A DNA stretch of 64,000 nt from positions 53,320,001 through 53,384,000 of the forward strand of contig NC_043003.1 of assembly GCF_006345805.1 (NCBI RefSeq). Reading direction: 5' to 3'. Numbering within the stretch: the stretch's first letter is position 1; each line of letters opens with the position of its first letter. The translations under genes and the position numbers were made by a program. Positions 40,629 through 54,879 of the stretch are shown here, piece by piece. Below the pieces are notes generated by a model that ran no database searches, was not told the DNA's origin, and worked only from the letters and a program-made list of their open reading frames with translations. This DNA is from Octopus sinensis (Eukaryota).

Positions 40629-40790
40629 CATGACAGGCTTCTTTCAGTTTTCGTCTACCAAATCCACTCACATGGCTTTGGTTGGCCCAAGGCTGTAGTA
40701 GAAGATGCTTGCACAAGGTGCCACACAGTGGGACTGAACCCAGAACCATATGGTTGGTAAGCAAGCTACTTACCACACAGCCACTACATA
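40383..40790 (-). mobile_element. SINE family B copy
   Basis: Family B body, oriented tail-to-tail with the 39670-40080 copy. Confidence 0.85.
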
Positions 40791-41664
40791 ATTGGATTGC
40801 AGTGATAAATTATTGTACAACATGAGCACCACTCTCTGAATTTCTGTGATTAGTACCTAGTGTTTGGCTGAAGTGACATAACCGGTAATCATTTGAAACT
40901 GCAGGTTTTACATCAGAGTCTCACCCTTCTAGAAAGATGCAATGATAACTGCTAGGGTTTCCTCACTTCTAGTAATTTTATTGGAAGCCCTGACAACAAC
41001 CAAAGGTAGTTCTGCACTCCCATGTTTAGATGGTTTGTTATAACATGTGCTAGTTATTCCATAGCTGGGAGCCTGAAAGGTACAACCACTATGGGTCAGA
41101 GAAGACCTCAGAACAATAGTGGCTGAGGTAATTCCATACTCCTCAGAACCCAGGAACTCTATCCTGGGTATGACTTTAGATTGCATCCCATAGCAGAACA
41201 TACATAAATACACAGGCATGGCTATAGTCAAGAAGCATGCTTCTTGATCATGTAGTCTGAGGTCCACTGAGACTACATGATCTCAAGCTCCCACAGCACA
41301 GCACCTTGGGCAAGTATCTTCTACTACAGCCTTGGATTAATGAAAGCATTGTGAATGAATTCAACAGGTGGAAACTGAAAGAAGCTCATTATGTGTATTT
41401 GTGCATACCCTTGTCTTGACATCATGTGATGATTGTAAACAAACATCACCATCATACCAGCTGCATTAATTCATTTCCAAGTCTTCCATTCTTGGAGACA
41501 GGTGAGGGCTGACAATAGAAGCAGCATCTGGTCATAGAAAATCTTTCTCAAATAATTCTGACCCATGATGATGAATGAAATCATCAGGAAATAATTCAAT
41601 AATCAACTGAGTGAAACACCAAAGGAAAAGTGGATGTTAAACGGTGATGAGAATATACACAATA

Positions 41665-41879
41665 TACAACAGGGTGCTAACAGGTTCCTGGTTTTAAGGG
41701 TATTGCAAAAAGCCTAGTTGGAGACCCAACCTTCCAAGTTTTTACAAGGCTTAGAGAAACTGAAGGACTGCTACCATAAGTGTGTGAATCTGAGAGATGT
41801 TCAATAAAATCATAGGGAACTGATCCTCCTGTATTTTCTTTTTATCCAAAGCCAGGAACTTTTCAATGCCCCCTCGTAT
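41665..41879. mobile_element. Mariner-derived MITE
   Basis: Left ..AGGGTGCTAACAGGTTCCTGGTTTT versus right AAAGCCAGGAACTTTTCAATGCCCCCTCGTA, forming TA-flanked TIRs. Confidence 0.6.
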
Positions 41880-42047
41880 ATATTTCAGTTTTTGTTTACC
41901 AAATCCACTCAGGGCTAGAGTAGAAGACATTTGTCCAAGGTGGAATGCAGTGGGACTGAACCTAAAGCCAACATAGTCGAGAAACAGATTTCTCAGCCAC
42001 ACAGCCATTAAATGATTATCTGTGCCATTCTTCTGTTAATTACAATC

Positions 42048-43205
42048 ACTCTTTTATTTGTTTCAGTCATTTGACTGTGGCCATGCTGGAGCACTGGCTT
42101 TAGTCAAGAAAATCGACCTCAGGACTTATTCTTCGTAAGTCTAGTACTTATTCTATCGGTCTCTTATGCCGAAAAGCTAAGTTACGGGGACGTTAACACA
42201 CCACCATCAGTTGTCAAGCAACAAACAGAGACACGCAAACACACACACACATATATACGACAGGCTTCTTTCAGTTTCCATCAACCAAATCCACTCACAA
42301 GGCTTTAGTCAGCCCAAGGCTATAGCAGAAGACACTTACCCAAGGTACCACACATGGGGACTGAACTTGGAACCATGTGGTTTGTAAGCAAGCTACTTAC
42401 CACACAGCCACTCCTACACCTATACTTACCACACACCCACTCACTACTCATTATATGAACAAATTAAATTTTGCAATTTGTTTTTTGCAAAGTTGTTAAT
42501 CCTCATTGTTTCCAGTAAATTCTATCAGTCAATCACAACATCAGTTCTCTTTGCAAAAGCCTACCAAAAAGACCGTGAATAGGTGCATAGCAGAATCATT
42601 ATGATAAACATTTGAGATTTTACACCTCATCTTGTTCATGATACATTGGTTATTAGTAATACTTACCTTCTTGTGTGTTGCATATTGATTTTGCTCTATG
42701 AAAAATCTATAAATAAGTCACTATTTCAAAGTACTTAGTTATAACATGTCAATGGTCTCATTTTAAATAAAGACCTTCATTATGACTAATAAACTATACT
42801 TTTAGTGCATAATAGGCGTATGAGTGGCTGTGTGGTAAGTAACTTGCTTACCAACCACATGGTTCCATGTTCAGTCCCACTGCTTGACATCTTGGGCAAG
42901 TGTCTTCTACTATAGCCTCAGGCCAACCAAAGCCTTGTGAGTAGATTTGGTAGATGGAAACTGAAAGAAGCCTGTGGTTTATATGTATGTGTGTATGTAT
43001 ACATTTGTGTTTCTATGTTTGTCCCCCCAACTTCGCTTGACAACCGATGTTGGTGTGTTTACGTCCCCGTAACTTAGCAGTTCAGCAAAAGAGACCGATA
43101 GAATAAGTACAAGGTTTACAAAGAGTAAGTCATGGGGTTGATTTGCTCGACTAAAGGCGGTGCTTCAGCATGACCACAGTCAAATGACTAAAACAAGCAA
43201 AAGAA
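42048..43205. mobile_element. Head-to-head inverted SINE family B pair with a ~390 bp spacer
   Basis: Minus copy 42048-42422 and plus copy 42815-43205. Confidence 0.85.
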
Positions 43206-44169
43206 AGTAAAGATTAATAATAAACATGAAATTCTGTCTGTCTGTCTGTCCAGACCCCTGTATCTTAGTCTACATTTGTTCTACATAGATATATAACCTT
43301 TTGGAATCAGGATGATCCCTAGATTGGAAATCTTCCGTTCATTTGGTTCTTGAACATGCAGCATTGGGATCAGGTCTGGATGTATTTAGACATACAGACA
43401 GACAGATATATGTCTATGTGTGTGAGTGAGTGTATTTTGTGTCTGTGTTTATCGTCCCCCCACCCCACCTTACACCACTTGACTGCAGATGCTGGTTTTT
43501 TTACATCCCTGTAACTAAGTATTTTGGCAAATGAAATTAACAGAATATGTACCAGATTTTTAAAAAATAAGTACAGGGGTCAATCTGTTCAAGACTGTGC
43601 CCCAGCATGGCCACAGTCCAATGACTAAAGCAAGTACAAGATAAAGGAAATCAAGTTAGGTCTGCCGTGATTCATTGTTTAGCACCATGTCAGCCCTATG
43701 ACTAAGAGCATTCCAATCATGACCATTATGGACTGCAACATCCAACGAGATTTAAGGAAGATTTTGCTGCTAGTGGCACGTAAAAAGCACCCACTACACT
43801 CACGGAGTGGTTGGCGTTAGGAAGGGCATCAAGCTGTAGAAACATTGCCAGATAAGACCGGAGCCTGGTGCAGCCTTCTGGCTTCCCAGATCCCCAGTCG
43901 AACCGTCCAACCCATGCTAGCATGGAGAACGGACGTTAAATGATGATGATGATGATGATAGAGGCTGTCTTTTTGGTTCGTCCTATTAAGCTAGGATCAT
44001 ATCTCATTTAACTTTGATTAGGTGACATACAAATAACTGTGTAAATGTAAGGGGATTCACACACAGACAGGGTTTATCTAGTTTGTAGATACTTCACTTA
44101 TGATTCTAAATTCAAGCAGCATTTTAATTAAAACTGATACATCACCTAATTTAATATGGTATGTTATCA

Positions 44170-44435
44170 CAGGATGGTAGTGACAAAATTCTGTGAACCT
44201 ATTTCAGCAGCTGGACACTGCTAGTGAAATGGAGCTTCCAAGCAATGTTCTACTTTGGACACCTCTACATAGCCATAATCACACTCACCACCTGGTAAAA
44301 GCATTTGTCAATCTGTTGACTGATGGCATTAGATGTCTTCAAGAAGAACATGTTACATGCCATAAAAGATAGTGATGGATGACAGACCAGTGTCATGCAA
44401 TTTTGACCTAATAATGATGATGATGATGATGATTT
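44170..44435 (+). mobile_element. RTE-type LINE 3' end remnant
   Basis: ELPSNVLLWTPLH motif followed by a (GAT)n tail. Confidence 0.55.
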
Positions 44436-44464
44436 CTGCAGATTTGGTAATATGTTACTAAATA

Positions 44465-44680
44465 TCTGGCAGAAATGTTAGCATGCCAGGCGAAATGCTT
44501 AGCGGTATTTCGTCTGCCGCTACGTTCTGAGTTCAAATTCCGCCGAGGTCAACTTTGCCTTTCATCCTTTCGGGGTCGATAAATAAAGTACCAGATATAC
44601 ACTCAGTTCGATGTAATCGACTTAATCCCTTTGTCTGTCCTTGTTTGTCTCCTCTATGTTTAGCCCCTTGTGAACAAAAA
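44465..44680 (+). mobile_element. SINE family A copy
   Basis: Head, B-box, Meta-like core and A-rich end. Confidence 0.85.
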
Positions 44681-46559
44681 AAAAAATGAAATGTTCTTGA
44701 AAGAAGCCCATCATCATAACTGTAACTTAACATCCATGTTCTATGCTGGTATGGGTTGGACTATTTGACAGGATCCAATGGGTTCAGAGACTCCACCATA
44801 CTCCAGTATCTACTTGACATGGTTTTTACAGTTGGATGCTCTTCTTATTGCCAACCACTTTACTGTGATTACTGGGCACTTTATTCATGCCATCAGCATT
44901 AATGCGGTTACCAAGCACCTTACAAGACTACAAACTCCAAAAGAGAAGCTATATGCTAGATGATGATAAAAGTATGAGAGACAGAGTCAGAGCAGAACAG
45001 GTTTCTTGCTGTAGAGAAGCTACATGACTACTCATATTTAGAGGTGAGGGTGGGAGTGATCAAGTGGAGCTGGAAAGTGATAAAAGTAGTGATAAAAATA
45101 GTGATGATGAGGTGTCAGGATGGACCTTCAAGGTATGAGATGGGTATATAATGAGTGTAGCAGAGGGACCAGGAATATAGGCTAGTAGAGGCTGCAAGAG
45201 AGTATGGGGGTGAGAGATGGAGAATGGGTGAGGGGTGTGGTTTATTGCTAAACCATAATCAGTAAGATGGTAGTAAATGCTGAGTTAAAAATTGAACTTT
45301 TTAAATATGTTTGCTTTTGTACCGTTTAGGTTCCTCAGTAGGAGAAGATGATAACTGAAGTGTAAAAACAAACAGTATTCCATTTGTTATATTAAATAGA
45401 GTGGGAGATACTAAATGAATTGCTAAGCAAATTTCTTATATGGAATTAATGAATCACATATGGTTTCTAACCCAGCATGAAGGCTTAGATTTTAAAAGTT
45501 AAAATAGGAGATAAACAAGGTGGAGTTATGGTGGTAGTTGTTTGCAAGGTGGATGTGCTGCCAAGCCAAACTTACAACTGTGAGAGAGAAGTATTAGTCA
45601 AAAATAAACAGATACAAACTTTAGGCTATTTCTATGCACACTATGATTTCAGCCAGACTTAATGCTTATACCCAAGCTTGTATTAGTAGATTTGAAAACA
45701 AATTACATCCAGATGATATCATAGAAATTCAGCAAGAACAGTATTATTATAAAGAAAATTTATCATCTTTGGTGGGTGTGCAGTACTCATCTAACACACC
45801 CAGAAATGTACACCTGCTTAAATATCATTACTATCCTCATCATTAACAATAATGAGTATCTCATGTGTCTGTCTAACATATATCTATCCTTGTAATTCAA
45901 GGTGGAGTTTTCCTGTGACATATATTTCTTGTAGTAATCAATTCATTCCAAATATCAGTAGGTGTCCTGCCAATAGGATAATAGCTACTACAGATGATAT
46001 GTACTACCTTCGTTCTACAGTTTAACAGCTGGTCAACAAGCATGTGAATGGGAGGGAGGAAAAAATTCCCAGGGAGACCTTCTGCATGAAGAACATGTAT
46101 TTAAATGGTAGAGTAACATAATGTATTCGGCGGAGTATTCTTTTTAATTAATTAGAATTTCTAGTAAAAAGAAAAATCATTAGCTTTAATAATAGATTGG
46201 TGTCAGGACAAGGGAAACAACTTCACAACCCAAATTAAAAATATAGGAAGTGAGTTCATCAATGGCAATTACATTGAAAACATGTTTTGGTCTTATTATA
46301 CCTCCTCAGTAAAGTATATTTTAACCAATACTTGCAAGACCTAAGGGATTGAGAGTATGAATGTTTTGAAAAACACTCACTGTATAATAAGTAGCAAGTT
46401 TCTTTTATATTTTGACAAATCTTAGCCTTGATTAATTTAGCAAAAGTAATGTTGTAATCCTCACATCATCAAAACTTTCAACCATATCTAGCATGCAAAC
46501 CACTTGTCAAGACTACCCATCTATAGGCTCCATACATTTCTCATCTCTTAGATTTGCAG

Positions 46560-47000
46560 CTTCCTATCAAATCCTATCACCACATGTGCCAGCAGAGAAT
46601 TTTCTGTTCTTCATTTAATCAATTCCGGCATACCTTATAGTTCAGCTGGCCCCTTTCTTCAAGATCAGAAGATATTTCAGTTCCCAACAATTACTGTCAC
46701 TCTACAAAGCTCAGGTGAGTGCAACAATAGAATATTGCTCTAACATCTGGGATGGTGCTGCTGCACTCAAAGACATTCTTGACTACATTCAGAAAAGGGC
46801 CATCAGATTGATTGGCTTGAAGCCATTTGCAAGCACACTCCAGCCTCTGGTTCATTGATATGCTGTCTCTGTTATCTGCCTTTTCTTTTTTATTGTTACT
46901 ACCATAATGCATAATGGCCTCTGCTTTTGGTTCTAGCTGGGCTCAGGCCACTCCCACCCAGGCATTCCTAACCCACTTATCTTTTCTCTCATCACCACAA
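46560..47000 (+). mobile_element. CR1/Jockey-group LINE ORF2 C-terminal remnant
   Basis: LYKAQVSATIEYCSNIWDGAAALKDILDYIQKRAIRLIG. Confidence 0.75.
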
Positions 47001-47137
47001 CACCCCAGAAACTGCACTAGTTATAACTTGGGTTCTTCCTTCTCAGAATGTCAACTTTCAGTTCATTCCTGCTCACATCTTTCCTTAAGTGTTGATTTGT
47101 AAAAGCCATGACCACTGCTCTTCATCTGGATCCAGCA

Positions 47138-47178
<41 letters not shown>

Positions 47179-47189
47179 ACATACATATG

Positions 47190-47303
47190 AAAGGTGTGAT
47201 ACCTTAGGCAAGTGTCTTCAACTGTAGCCTCGGGCCGACCAAAGCCTTGTGAGTGGATTTGGTAGACGGAAACTGAAAGAAGCCCATCGTATATCTGTAT
47301 ATC

Positions 47304-47342
<39 letters not shown>

Positions 47343-47568
47343 TATGTATGAATGCATGTGTTTGTGTGTCTGTTTGTTCCCCCAACATCGCTTGACAACC
47401 GATGCTGATGTGTTTACGTCCCCATAACTTAGCGGTTCAGAAAATGAGACCGATAGAACAAGTACCAGGCTTACAAAGAATAAGTCCTGGGGTCGATTTG
47501 CTTGACTAAAGGTGGTGCTCCAGCATGGCCACTGTCAAATGACTGAAACCAGTAAAAGAGTAAAAGAG
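47190..47568 (+). mobile_element. SINE family B copy (5' truncated)
   Basis: Family B body. Confidence 0.85.
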
Positions 47569-48438
47569 TTGTAGAATGTAATGCTTATGTTTTGTTTGTT
47601 ATTTCTTTCTTTGACAACTACTATATTCCATACACATTTTAGGACTTCTTATAAACTTATTTGTAGAGATGTAAAGCTAATCATACAGCATGGTAGCTAA
47701 TTACCTAATTGCCTAATTGTATGTTAAACTCCAGAAAGGAAGCCAGTCGTTAATCCCAATAATGAAAATCCACGATACCCAGTCTGAGAATCTGCAACAG
47801 ATTAATTAATAGTGTGACAAATGAAGATGCAACAGAGGATAGGTTGTAGAATCAGCATGAAACTTTAGGTTTGGGTAATATTCATCAGACTGAAGGTGAC
47901 CCACGTCTCCTCCTTTTGTGTGCAGACAGCCCTTAGCGAAATGTTTATCATCAACGGACATATTAAGTAACTGTTCTTCCACATACAGTAAGTGAATCAT
48001 ACTGCGGGGGTGACTATAGTATGAATTTTTTCAAGATAACAGGTACATATATATATATATATATAATGTATAGGTATGTATAAAACTTAAAGATGTGCAG
48101 CACATTAGCTTATAAACAAGTACAAAAATGTGTGTATATGTGTTTATGTGTTTGTGCGCGTGTGGGTACGTTCAGATAGATGAAGAGAAAGACAAATAGT
48201 GGGAGGATAGAGAGACTGCTTATTTTACTCTCAAGTATCATAACAGAGGCATTAAAGGTTTTTTTTTTGGGTTTTTTTCTTGTTTTGTTTATAAAGGCTT
48301 CTTAAAAATGGGAATGAAAACTGGAGCAAATTACTGATTGGCTGTATACCGTAGTTATTTATGGTAAACTTTCTGAAAGGTGGTTCTGTGGGGGAAAAAA
48401 TGTTCAAATTGGAAATGACAAGTTTAGCATTTATCAAG

Positions 48439-48451
48439 GATGATGATGATG

Positions 48452-48492
<41 letters not shown>

Positions 48493-48539
48493 TAATAATA
48501 ATAATAATAATAATATAATAATAATAATGATAATAATAA
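48439..48539. repeat. (GAT)n/(TAA)n microsatellite just inside the intron donor
   Basis: Direct read; accounts for the poly-L/Y tail of ORF 48252..49073. Confidence 0.95.
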
Positions 48540-48547
48540 AAGCATAC

Positions 48548-49043
48548 CTGCGGCGAAACGGCGCCCAAAGATATTATCCCTGCGATGTTTACAACTCAGT
48601 AAACAGTTAAGTCCAATCTGAGAGTTGGCTACTTCTCGGATACACATAATGCATTCCATCCTTAATACCATGTCGCTTAGATGGGGACTGTGCACTTCGG
48701 TGAGATTACGTAAACACTGGAATAAAAGACCTAATCCATCAAATTCTAGAAATTCTTTCATCCAGTCCAAATCACTGCATTTAATTGCTCGGCACAACTT
48801 GCCCAGGTTTTGAACTGTCGGATTACGGATCCACCACAAAAATTCTGTCGCATCACTCTCTTCGCGTTTTTTGTAATGTTCATCACCAGTTCCATCCCCG
48901 GCAACATCTTCGTCGTCGGAGCCTGGACAAATCGCTTGGCCCAGAACAAATCCATCAGATCGAGCACGTTTCGATCGATCCTTTTTACGTTTGGCGAAGC
49001 GACTGGCCTTTCCGGGCCTCATAACGACAGCCTCTTCACTCAT
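48548..49043 (-). CDS. INF2-like: First coding exon of an INF2-like (or MWH-related) formin GBD/FH3-DID protein
   Basis: ATG at 49043. Translation ...SDATEFLWWIRNPTVQNLGKLCRAIKCSDLDWMKEFLEFDGLGLLFQCLRNL...SDMVLRMECIMCIREVANSQIGLNCLL...RRFAA aligns by eye to the INF2 DID ([49 protein letters not shown]...[27 protein letters not shown]). Ends at donor GCAG|GTATGC, phase 1. A possible acceptor TTACAG| before 49074 suggests an upstream 5' exon. Confidence 0.88.
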
Positions 49044-49099
49044 GATGAATAGTTTGTAGGTTTTTTCTTTCAATCTGTAATTCTATCAATACAAGTAAA

Positions 49100-49600
49100 A
49101 ATTTATGTGTGCGCTCGCGTGAAATTATTAGACTTATACTGCGAAAAACTTTTACATTTCTTCGTGTTTATAGAAACCCGAATGGTTGATATTTAAAATA
49201 AAAAAAAATTCTTCTTCTAACCACAGGAGGCTTTCCGAACCAAAATAGTTACAAGCTTTGGATGTTTTACTTATTATTCACATCATAAACAGTAACATTG
49301 ATAAGATAGAGCGTCCCGACAACTCTGATAGCTAAAAATTTGGTACCATGCGTCAAGTAACAAGTTTACTGACTTCTCTGCTAAAAGTCAGGTTAGAAAC
49401 AGCAGCAGCTTGACGTGGTGTGGTGAAGGAAGAAGGGAGAGTGGTGGCATTCGAAGTAGGAGAGAAGACATTCTTCAGCAACAAGCGCAGCAAGTGTAAT
49501 ATCTATCACAAGCCATATATCCATAGTAATGCGTCAGTCAGATACTGCTATTTAGCTACAGCGAATACCCACAACAAACGTTGGTGTGTGTAGTAAATAT
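49100..49600 (-). promoter_or_regulatory. Candidate promoter or 5' UTR region of the INF2-like gene
   Basis: Repeat-free, relatively CpG-retaining sequence directly upstream of the ATG, with CRE-like TGACGT/TGACGC half-sites near 49349, 49412 and 49530. No TSS evidence. Confidence 0.25.
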
Positions 49601-49756
49601 TAATGTTTTTCTTTATTTTAAGCAAGAGAACACATCTTTTTTTTAATACAAGTGCCGAGAATCAAAGTTATATACCTGCCTAAAGAAATGGTAAATTGAA
49701 TCATAATCTTAATAAAATACTAAATACACTTGTAATCATAGTTATATGCTAAATAT

Positions 49757-50160
49757 TTCTTTCTTTATTGCCCACAGGGGGCGAAACATAGAAGGGACAA
49801 ACAAGGACAGAGAAAGAGATTAATTCGATTACATCGACCTCAGTGCGTCACTGGTACTTATTTGATCGACCCCGAAAGGATGAAAGGCAAAGTCGACTTC
49901 GGCGGAATTTGAACTCAGAACGTAGCGGCAGACGAAATGCCTATTTCTTTACTACTCACAAGGGGCTAAACACAGAGACGACAAACAAGGGCAGACAAAC
50001 GGATTAAGTCGATTACATCGACCCCTGTGCGTAACTGGTACTTATTTAATCGACCCCGAAAGGATGAAAGGCAAAGTCGACCTCGGCGGAATTTGAACTC
50101 AGAACGTAGCGGCAGACGAAATACGGCTACGAATTTCGCCCGGCGTGCTAACGATTCTGC
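49757..50160 (-). mobile_element. Tandem dimer of SINE family A
   Basis: Two consecutive family A bodies with low divergence. Confidence 0.85.
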
Positions 50161-51110
50161 CCCTTTTACATGCTAAATATTGAATAAGAAAAATGTTAGC
50201 AACAACAAACAGACTAAAAATAACTGAAGAATGGGAAATCCCCTGAGAAAGTTTTTATGTGTATTACATGAAAGTATTTATTAATGAAAGTAAAGGGTAA
50301 ACGTAACATTGGGTTAATATAGAATAATTAATAATTAAAGTTGTATAAATCATTTTGATAGTAAGTGCTATATAGTCAAAAAAATTCAACCGGAGATAAA
50401 TGAGTTTTTGTTTTGTTTTGTTTTGTTTTTGCCTGAGACAAATGTCAGTTTGACAATAGGAGCGAGCAAATGCATGCACGCGCTTGTTTATATATTTTCA
50501 TTGACATAAGCAAACACTTGTACTCGTATATAAACAAACTCCTACACACATAAACCAAAGGAGTTTTAGTAGATTGAACCATCCAATAGATGAATGAATG
50601 AATAAGATAGATGGATAAGCTTGCGGAGGTGGGGAGTCAACAGGTGAATGGAGATAAGTAGATGCATAAATTATGTTAATGATTCGCACCACGTCAGCTC
50701 TGACCGCGCAGACTGATGATCAATGGAAAGCATTTTACCCACGACCAACTAGCCAGTCTTTTTTTCTTTTAATTTTTTTTTTCTTCAGACTCCTATTTCT
50801 TTCTTTAAAACAGTAAGGTGTGATTAAAAGAAGATTTAGTTGCTATTTTCATTCGGTTATTGGCTTGTAATTCTTATCAATTTTAATTAAATGTGACTCT
50901 AAGAAACATAAAAATTACAGTTATACAATATGTGTCAATCAACGAGGTTAGAGGTCAGACCAACAGTATAATCTGCAAGTGCAAGTTCATTGTTGCTGTA
51001 AGATCCAGAAATAGATTCAGATACGCTCATCATCCTTGTCATCATTGTTTAGCCCCGGGTGAACCCTGAAGGAATAAGCCTTTGATCAAGTACATTCCAT
51101 TTAAAAATAA

Positions 51111-51600
51111 AGGCGCAAGAGTGGATGTGTGGTAAGTAGCTTGCTTACCAACCACATGGTTCCTGGTTCAGTCCCACTGCGTGGCACCTTGGGCAAGTGT
51201 CTTCTACTATAGCCTAAGGCCGACCAAAGCCTTGTGAGTGGATTTGGTAGACGGAAACTGAAAGAAGCCCGTCGTATATATGTGTGTATGTATGTATGTA
51301 TGTATGTATGTATGTATGTATGTATGTATGTATGTATGTATGTATGTATGTATGTATGTGTGTGTATGTATGTGTGTGTGTGTGTGTATGTATGTGTGTG
51401 TGTGGTGTGTTCCCACAACATCGCTTGACAACCGATGCTGGTATGTTTACGTCCCCGTAACTTAGCAGTTCAGCAAAAATAAACCGATAGAATAAGTACT
51501 AGGCTTACGAAGAATAAGTCCTGGGATCGATTTGCTCGACTAAAGGCGGTGCTCAAGCATGGCCACAGTCAAATGACTGAAACAAGTAAAAGAGTAAAAT
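51111..51600 (+). mobile_element. Full-length SINE family B (tRNA head, CORE-like CCTTGGGCAAGT, internal TATG microsatellite)
   Basis: Near-consensus copy. Confidence 0.88.
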
Positions 51601-51988
51601 GAGTCAAAGTAGGGTACGACGGAGTACAACGTTCCTCTACTTATCAACCCACGAAAGGGGTGGCTTATAGTGTCTGGTCTTGTAGCGTAGTTGGGGTAAG
51701 GACGGTCAGTCCCGGGCGACACTTATATGGGCTGCACCTTTGGGTCTGATGTATATGCTTGAAGGCCCCGGGGTGGGGCAGCAAACTGAAAGGCTACCCC
51801 GGGCGATACTGGTATTCTCCCGCCTTCTCAATCTCAATCTTTTGGACCATAGCATACACTTGGTTTTTAATACCTGTTTCTATCACTGTGAAATCGTTAC
51901 CCTCCCATTAGAGGCCGTGAATATCTAGTACTTCATTAACTAATGTATCCTTTTCTTCTTTTTTTTTAAAGACTATAGGGAGAAATAG

Positions 51989-52370
51989 TGGAGATGCAAT
52001 GGCCCAGTGGTTAGGGCAGCGGACTCGCGGTCGTAGGATCGCGGTTTCGATTCCCAGACCGGGCGTTATGAGTGTTTATTGAGCGAAAACACCTAGAGTT
52101 CCACGAGGCTCCGGCAGGAGGTGGCGCCGAATCTTGCTGTACTCTTTCACCACAACTTTCTCTCACTCTTTCTTCCTGTTTCTGTTGAGCCTGTATATCA
52201 AAGGGCCAGCCTTGTCACACTCTGTGTCACTGAAATCTTCCCGAGAACTACGTTAAGGGTACACGTATCTGTGGAGTGCTCAACCACTTGCACGTTAATT
52301 TCATGAGCAGGTTGTTCCGCTGATCGGATCAACTGGAACGCTCGTCTTCGTAACGGACGGAGTGCCACGA
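51989..52370 (+). mobile_element. SINE family D copy
   Basis: tRNA-like head with A/B boxes. Confidence 0.8.
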
Positions 52371-53009
52371 TAGGGAGAAATAGCACTCAAACATCTGAAG
52401 ATTTAACTGCTATTTCAAGCAGTTCGAGTGATCAGGTAGAAGACCTTTCTTTAACACGACAACCAATCCGTTCAGCATCAGTCAGAAGGATGCATTGAGA
52501 AATCAAAGACACTGGTCACAGAATAAGAAAAATCTCTTCATGGAAATTAGCCAGAGACGCATTCTACATGAAAACCAAATTGTTAAATAATGGCTAACAT
52601 GATTAATTTCATTTTAAGAGGAGGATGAAAATTGAAAATCATTTCAGACAAGGTGATTAGAAGAGAATGTTCAATAATAAAAATAAAAAAAAGACGTATT
52701 TCATTATAGAGGTGGGGAAACCTTACCTCAGTAACATAGTTAGGTTGGGGGGGTCGATAAGAGTAGTTCGCCTCGGGCAATGCTTGTATGGAGCCGACAC
52801 TTTTAGATCTGTTGTATAAACATGTAAAGAGGGTGGCAAACACCCAGGTTTCACCACTGCATTACCTAAAGTTAAATAAAACTAATTAGTGGACAAGATC
52901 ACCATTTAAAAGTGGATTTATTCAGAAGTGAGTTTAGAGTTTACTGATTAGGATTTTCACCAAAATATTCTAAGTTACATGCAATCATTGTTGCAGCCAA
53001 ATTGATTCT

Positions 53010-53941
53010 TTCTGCTATAGGAACAAGGGCTGAAATTTTGGGAGGAAAGGGATGGTGAGTTATATCAATCCCAGCACTGAACTTATTTCATCGATCCCCC
53101 GAAAGGTCGACCTCAGCGGAATTCGAACTCAGAACGTAAAGCTCGAAGAAATGCTGCTAAGTATTTTGTACGGCATGCTAACGATTCTGTTCTACTCTAG
53201 GCACAAGGCCCGAAATTTGTGGGGAGGGGGTCCAGTCGATTAGATCGACCTCAGTACGCAACTGGTACTTAATTTATCGATCCCAGTGGAATTTAAACTC
53301 AGAACGTAAAGACGAAAAACCGCTAAGCATTTTGTACGGCGTGCTAACAATTCTGTCAGCTTGCCGCCTTTCTGCTAGTGCAGAATTAACAACTAATAAG
53401 GAATCATCTCTTTATATAAGTTTCTGTTTTATTTATTTATTCATTTATTGACAACAGATATCTCAAGGACTTGTATCCAACCGAATGGTTCTGAAGGAAT
53501 GTTAATATTCAATATATATAAAAAATAAAACGAGTGCGAAAATATGTTCATACGTATATTCAATACATTCCTACACCTTTCACTAACAAATAGATTAGTT
53601 ATGCAAGAAAGGTGTTGATGGATAACTACGACGGGGTATTTCGGAAAATAATTTCATTTTTCTAAATGAACTCAATCCTCTGAAATATAAAGGAACACAT
53701 GGACTTCTAAATATTTATTTCTTTATTGCCCACAATGGGCTAAACATAGAGGGGACAGACAAGGACAAAGGGATTAAGTCGATTATATCGACCCCAGTGC
53801 GTAACTGGTACTTATTTAATCGACCCTGAAAGGATGAAAGGCAAAGTCGACCTCGGCGGAATTTGAACTCAGAATGTAGCGGCAGACAAAATACCGCTAA
53901 GCATTTCGCCCGGCGTGCTAACGTTTCTGCCAGCTCGCCGC
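53010..53941 (-). mobile_element. Cluster of SINE family A copies
   Basis: Copies at 53010-53370 and 53716-53941. Confidence 0.8.
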
Positions 53942-54879
53942 TGAGCTCTATATACTGCACTACACAAGTATATATAAAATGTGTGTGAGATATGCATGTA
54001 TGTGCCCTGGGTATGAATTTAAACTGAATCCAGTTGTGGAACGATGGTACGGGACTTGCAAGGTTTTGAGGAGTGTGGGACTACCCTTAGCCACTATTGT
54101 TCTCAAGTCTGCTTTGACTCGGATGAGTAGCACCTATTAGAATACTCGCTATGGGATAATTAGCATGTGAACTAGTCGTTAGAACTTCCATCTCGTAGCA
54201 GGTAAACTGGTATAAAAAAAAAAACCTGAAGTGCAGCTGGTGTTTAGTCGTCTCAACCTATGTTGTGCCACTTGCTTTAGGGCTAATTGCGCTGGAAAGT
54301 GGGTTCACTGTTGTGCAATATTCTATTCACGCAAAACAAATTCAGGCACAGGAACTTCTTGGTCTCTCGGGACGTTTACACAGATTTACTAAGTTTAGGA
54401 AGTGTCTCACTCAGCCACGAGTTGACTGCCACCATGTGTGTGTGTCTGTTTAAATGCAATATATTCGCTTGAATTTCTGTAGTGAACCTCTGTGATTCAC
54501 TAGACTAAATTACCTGATATGTCTTCAAATCAATGAGATAAAAATTATCTGCAAGTATAAGATGCCAATTTATTTTTACTCAACTTTGCAAGCTTAAGAA
54601 ACTCTCGTCAGTTTTACAATACCGATGACGTATTCAACGGCGAACAGCTTGCTCGTATCCTACCTGACCTATTAACATTTTAAAGGAGTATTTGGGGTCA
54701 GAAGCTCTTAAACTGACAAACCGCGAATTGGCAGGAGCGTTAGAGCGTCGAATAAAATACTTTGCATATTCGTTCCAACTCACTGTATTTTAAGTTCGAA
54801 TTCCGTTGGGGCCAACTTTGCATTTTAACCCTACGAGATTTATTCAACTTCTTTCGCGTTTTCTTTGGAATAATATTTG

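Noticed and set aside
48252-48547. C-terminal part of the 273 aa ORF (poly-L/Y/S)
   Set aside because: Read-through past the GT donor into a (TAA)n microsatellite; homology continues in the 3740-3625 exon instead.
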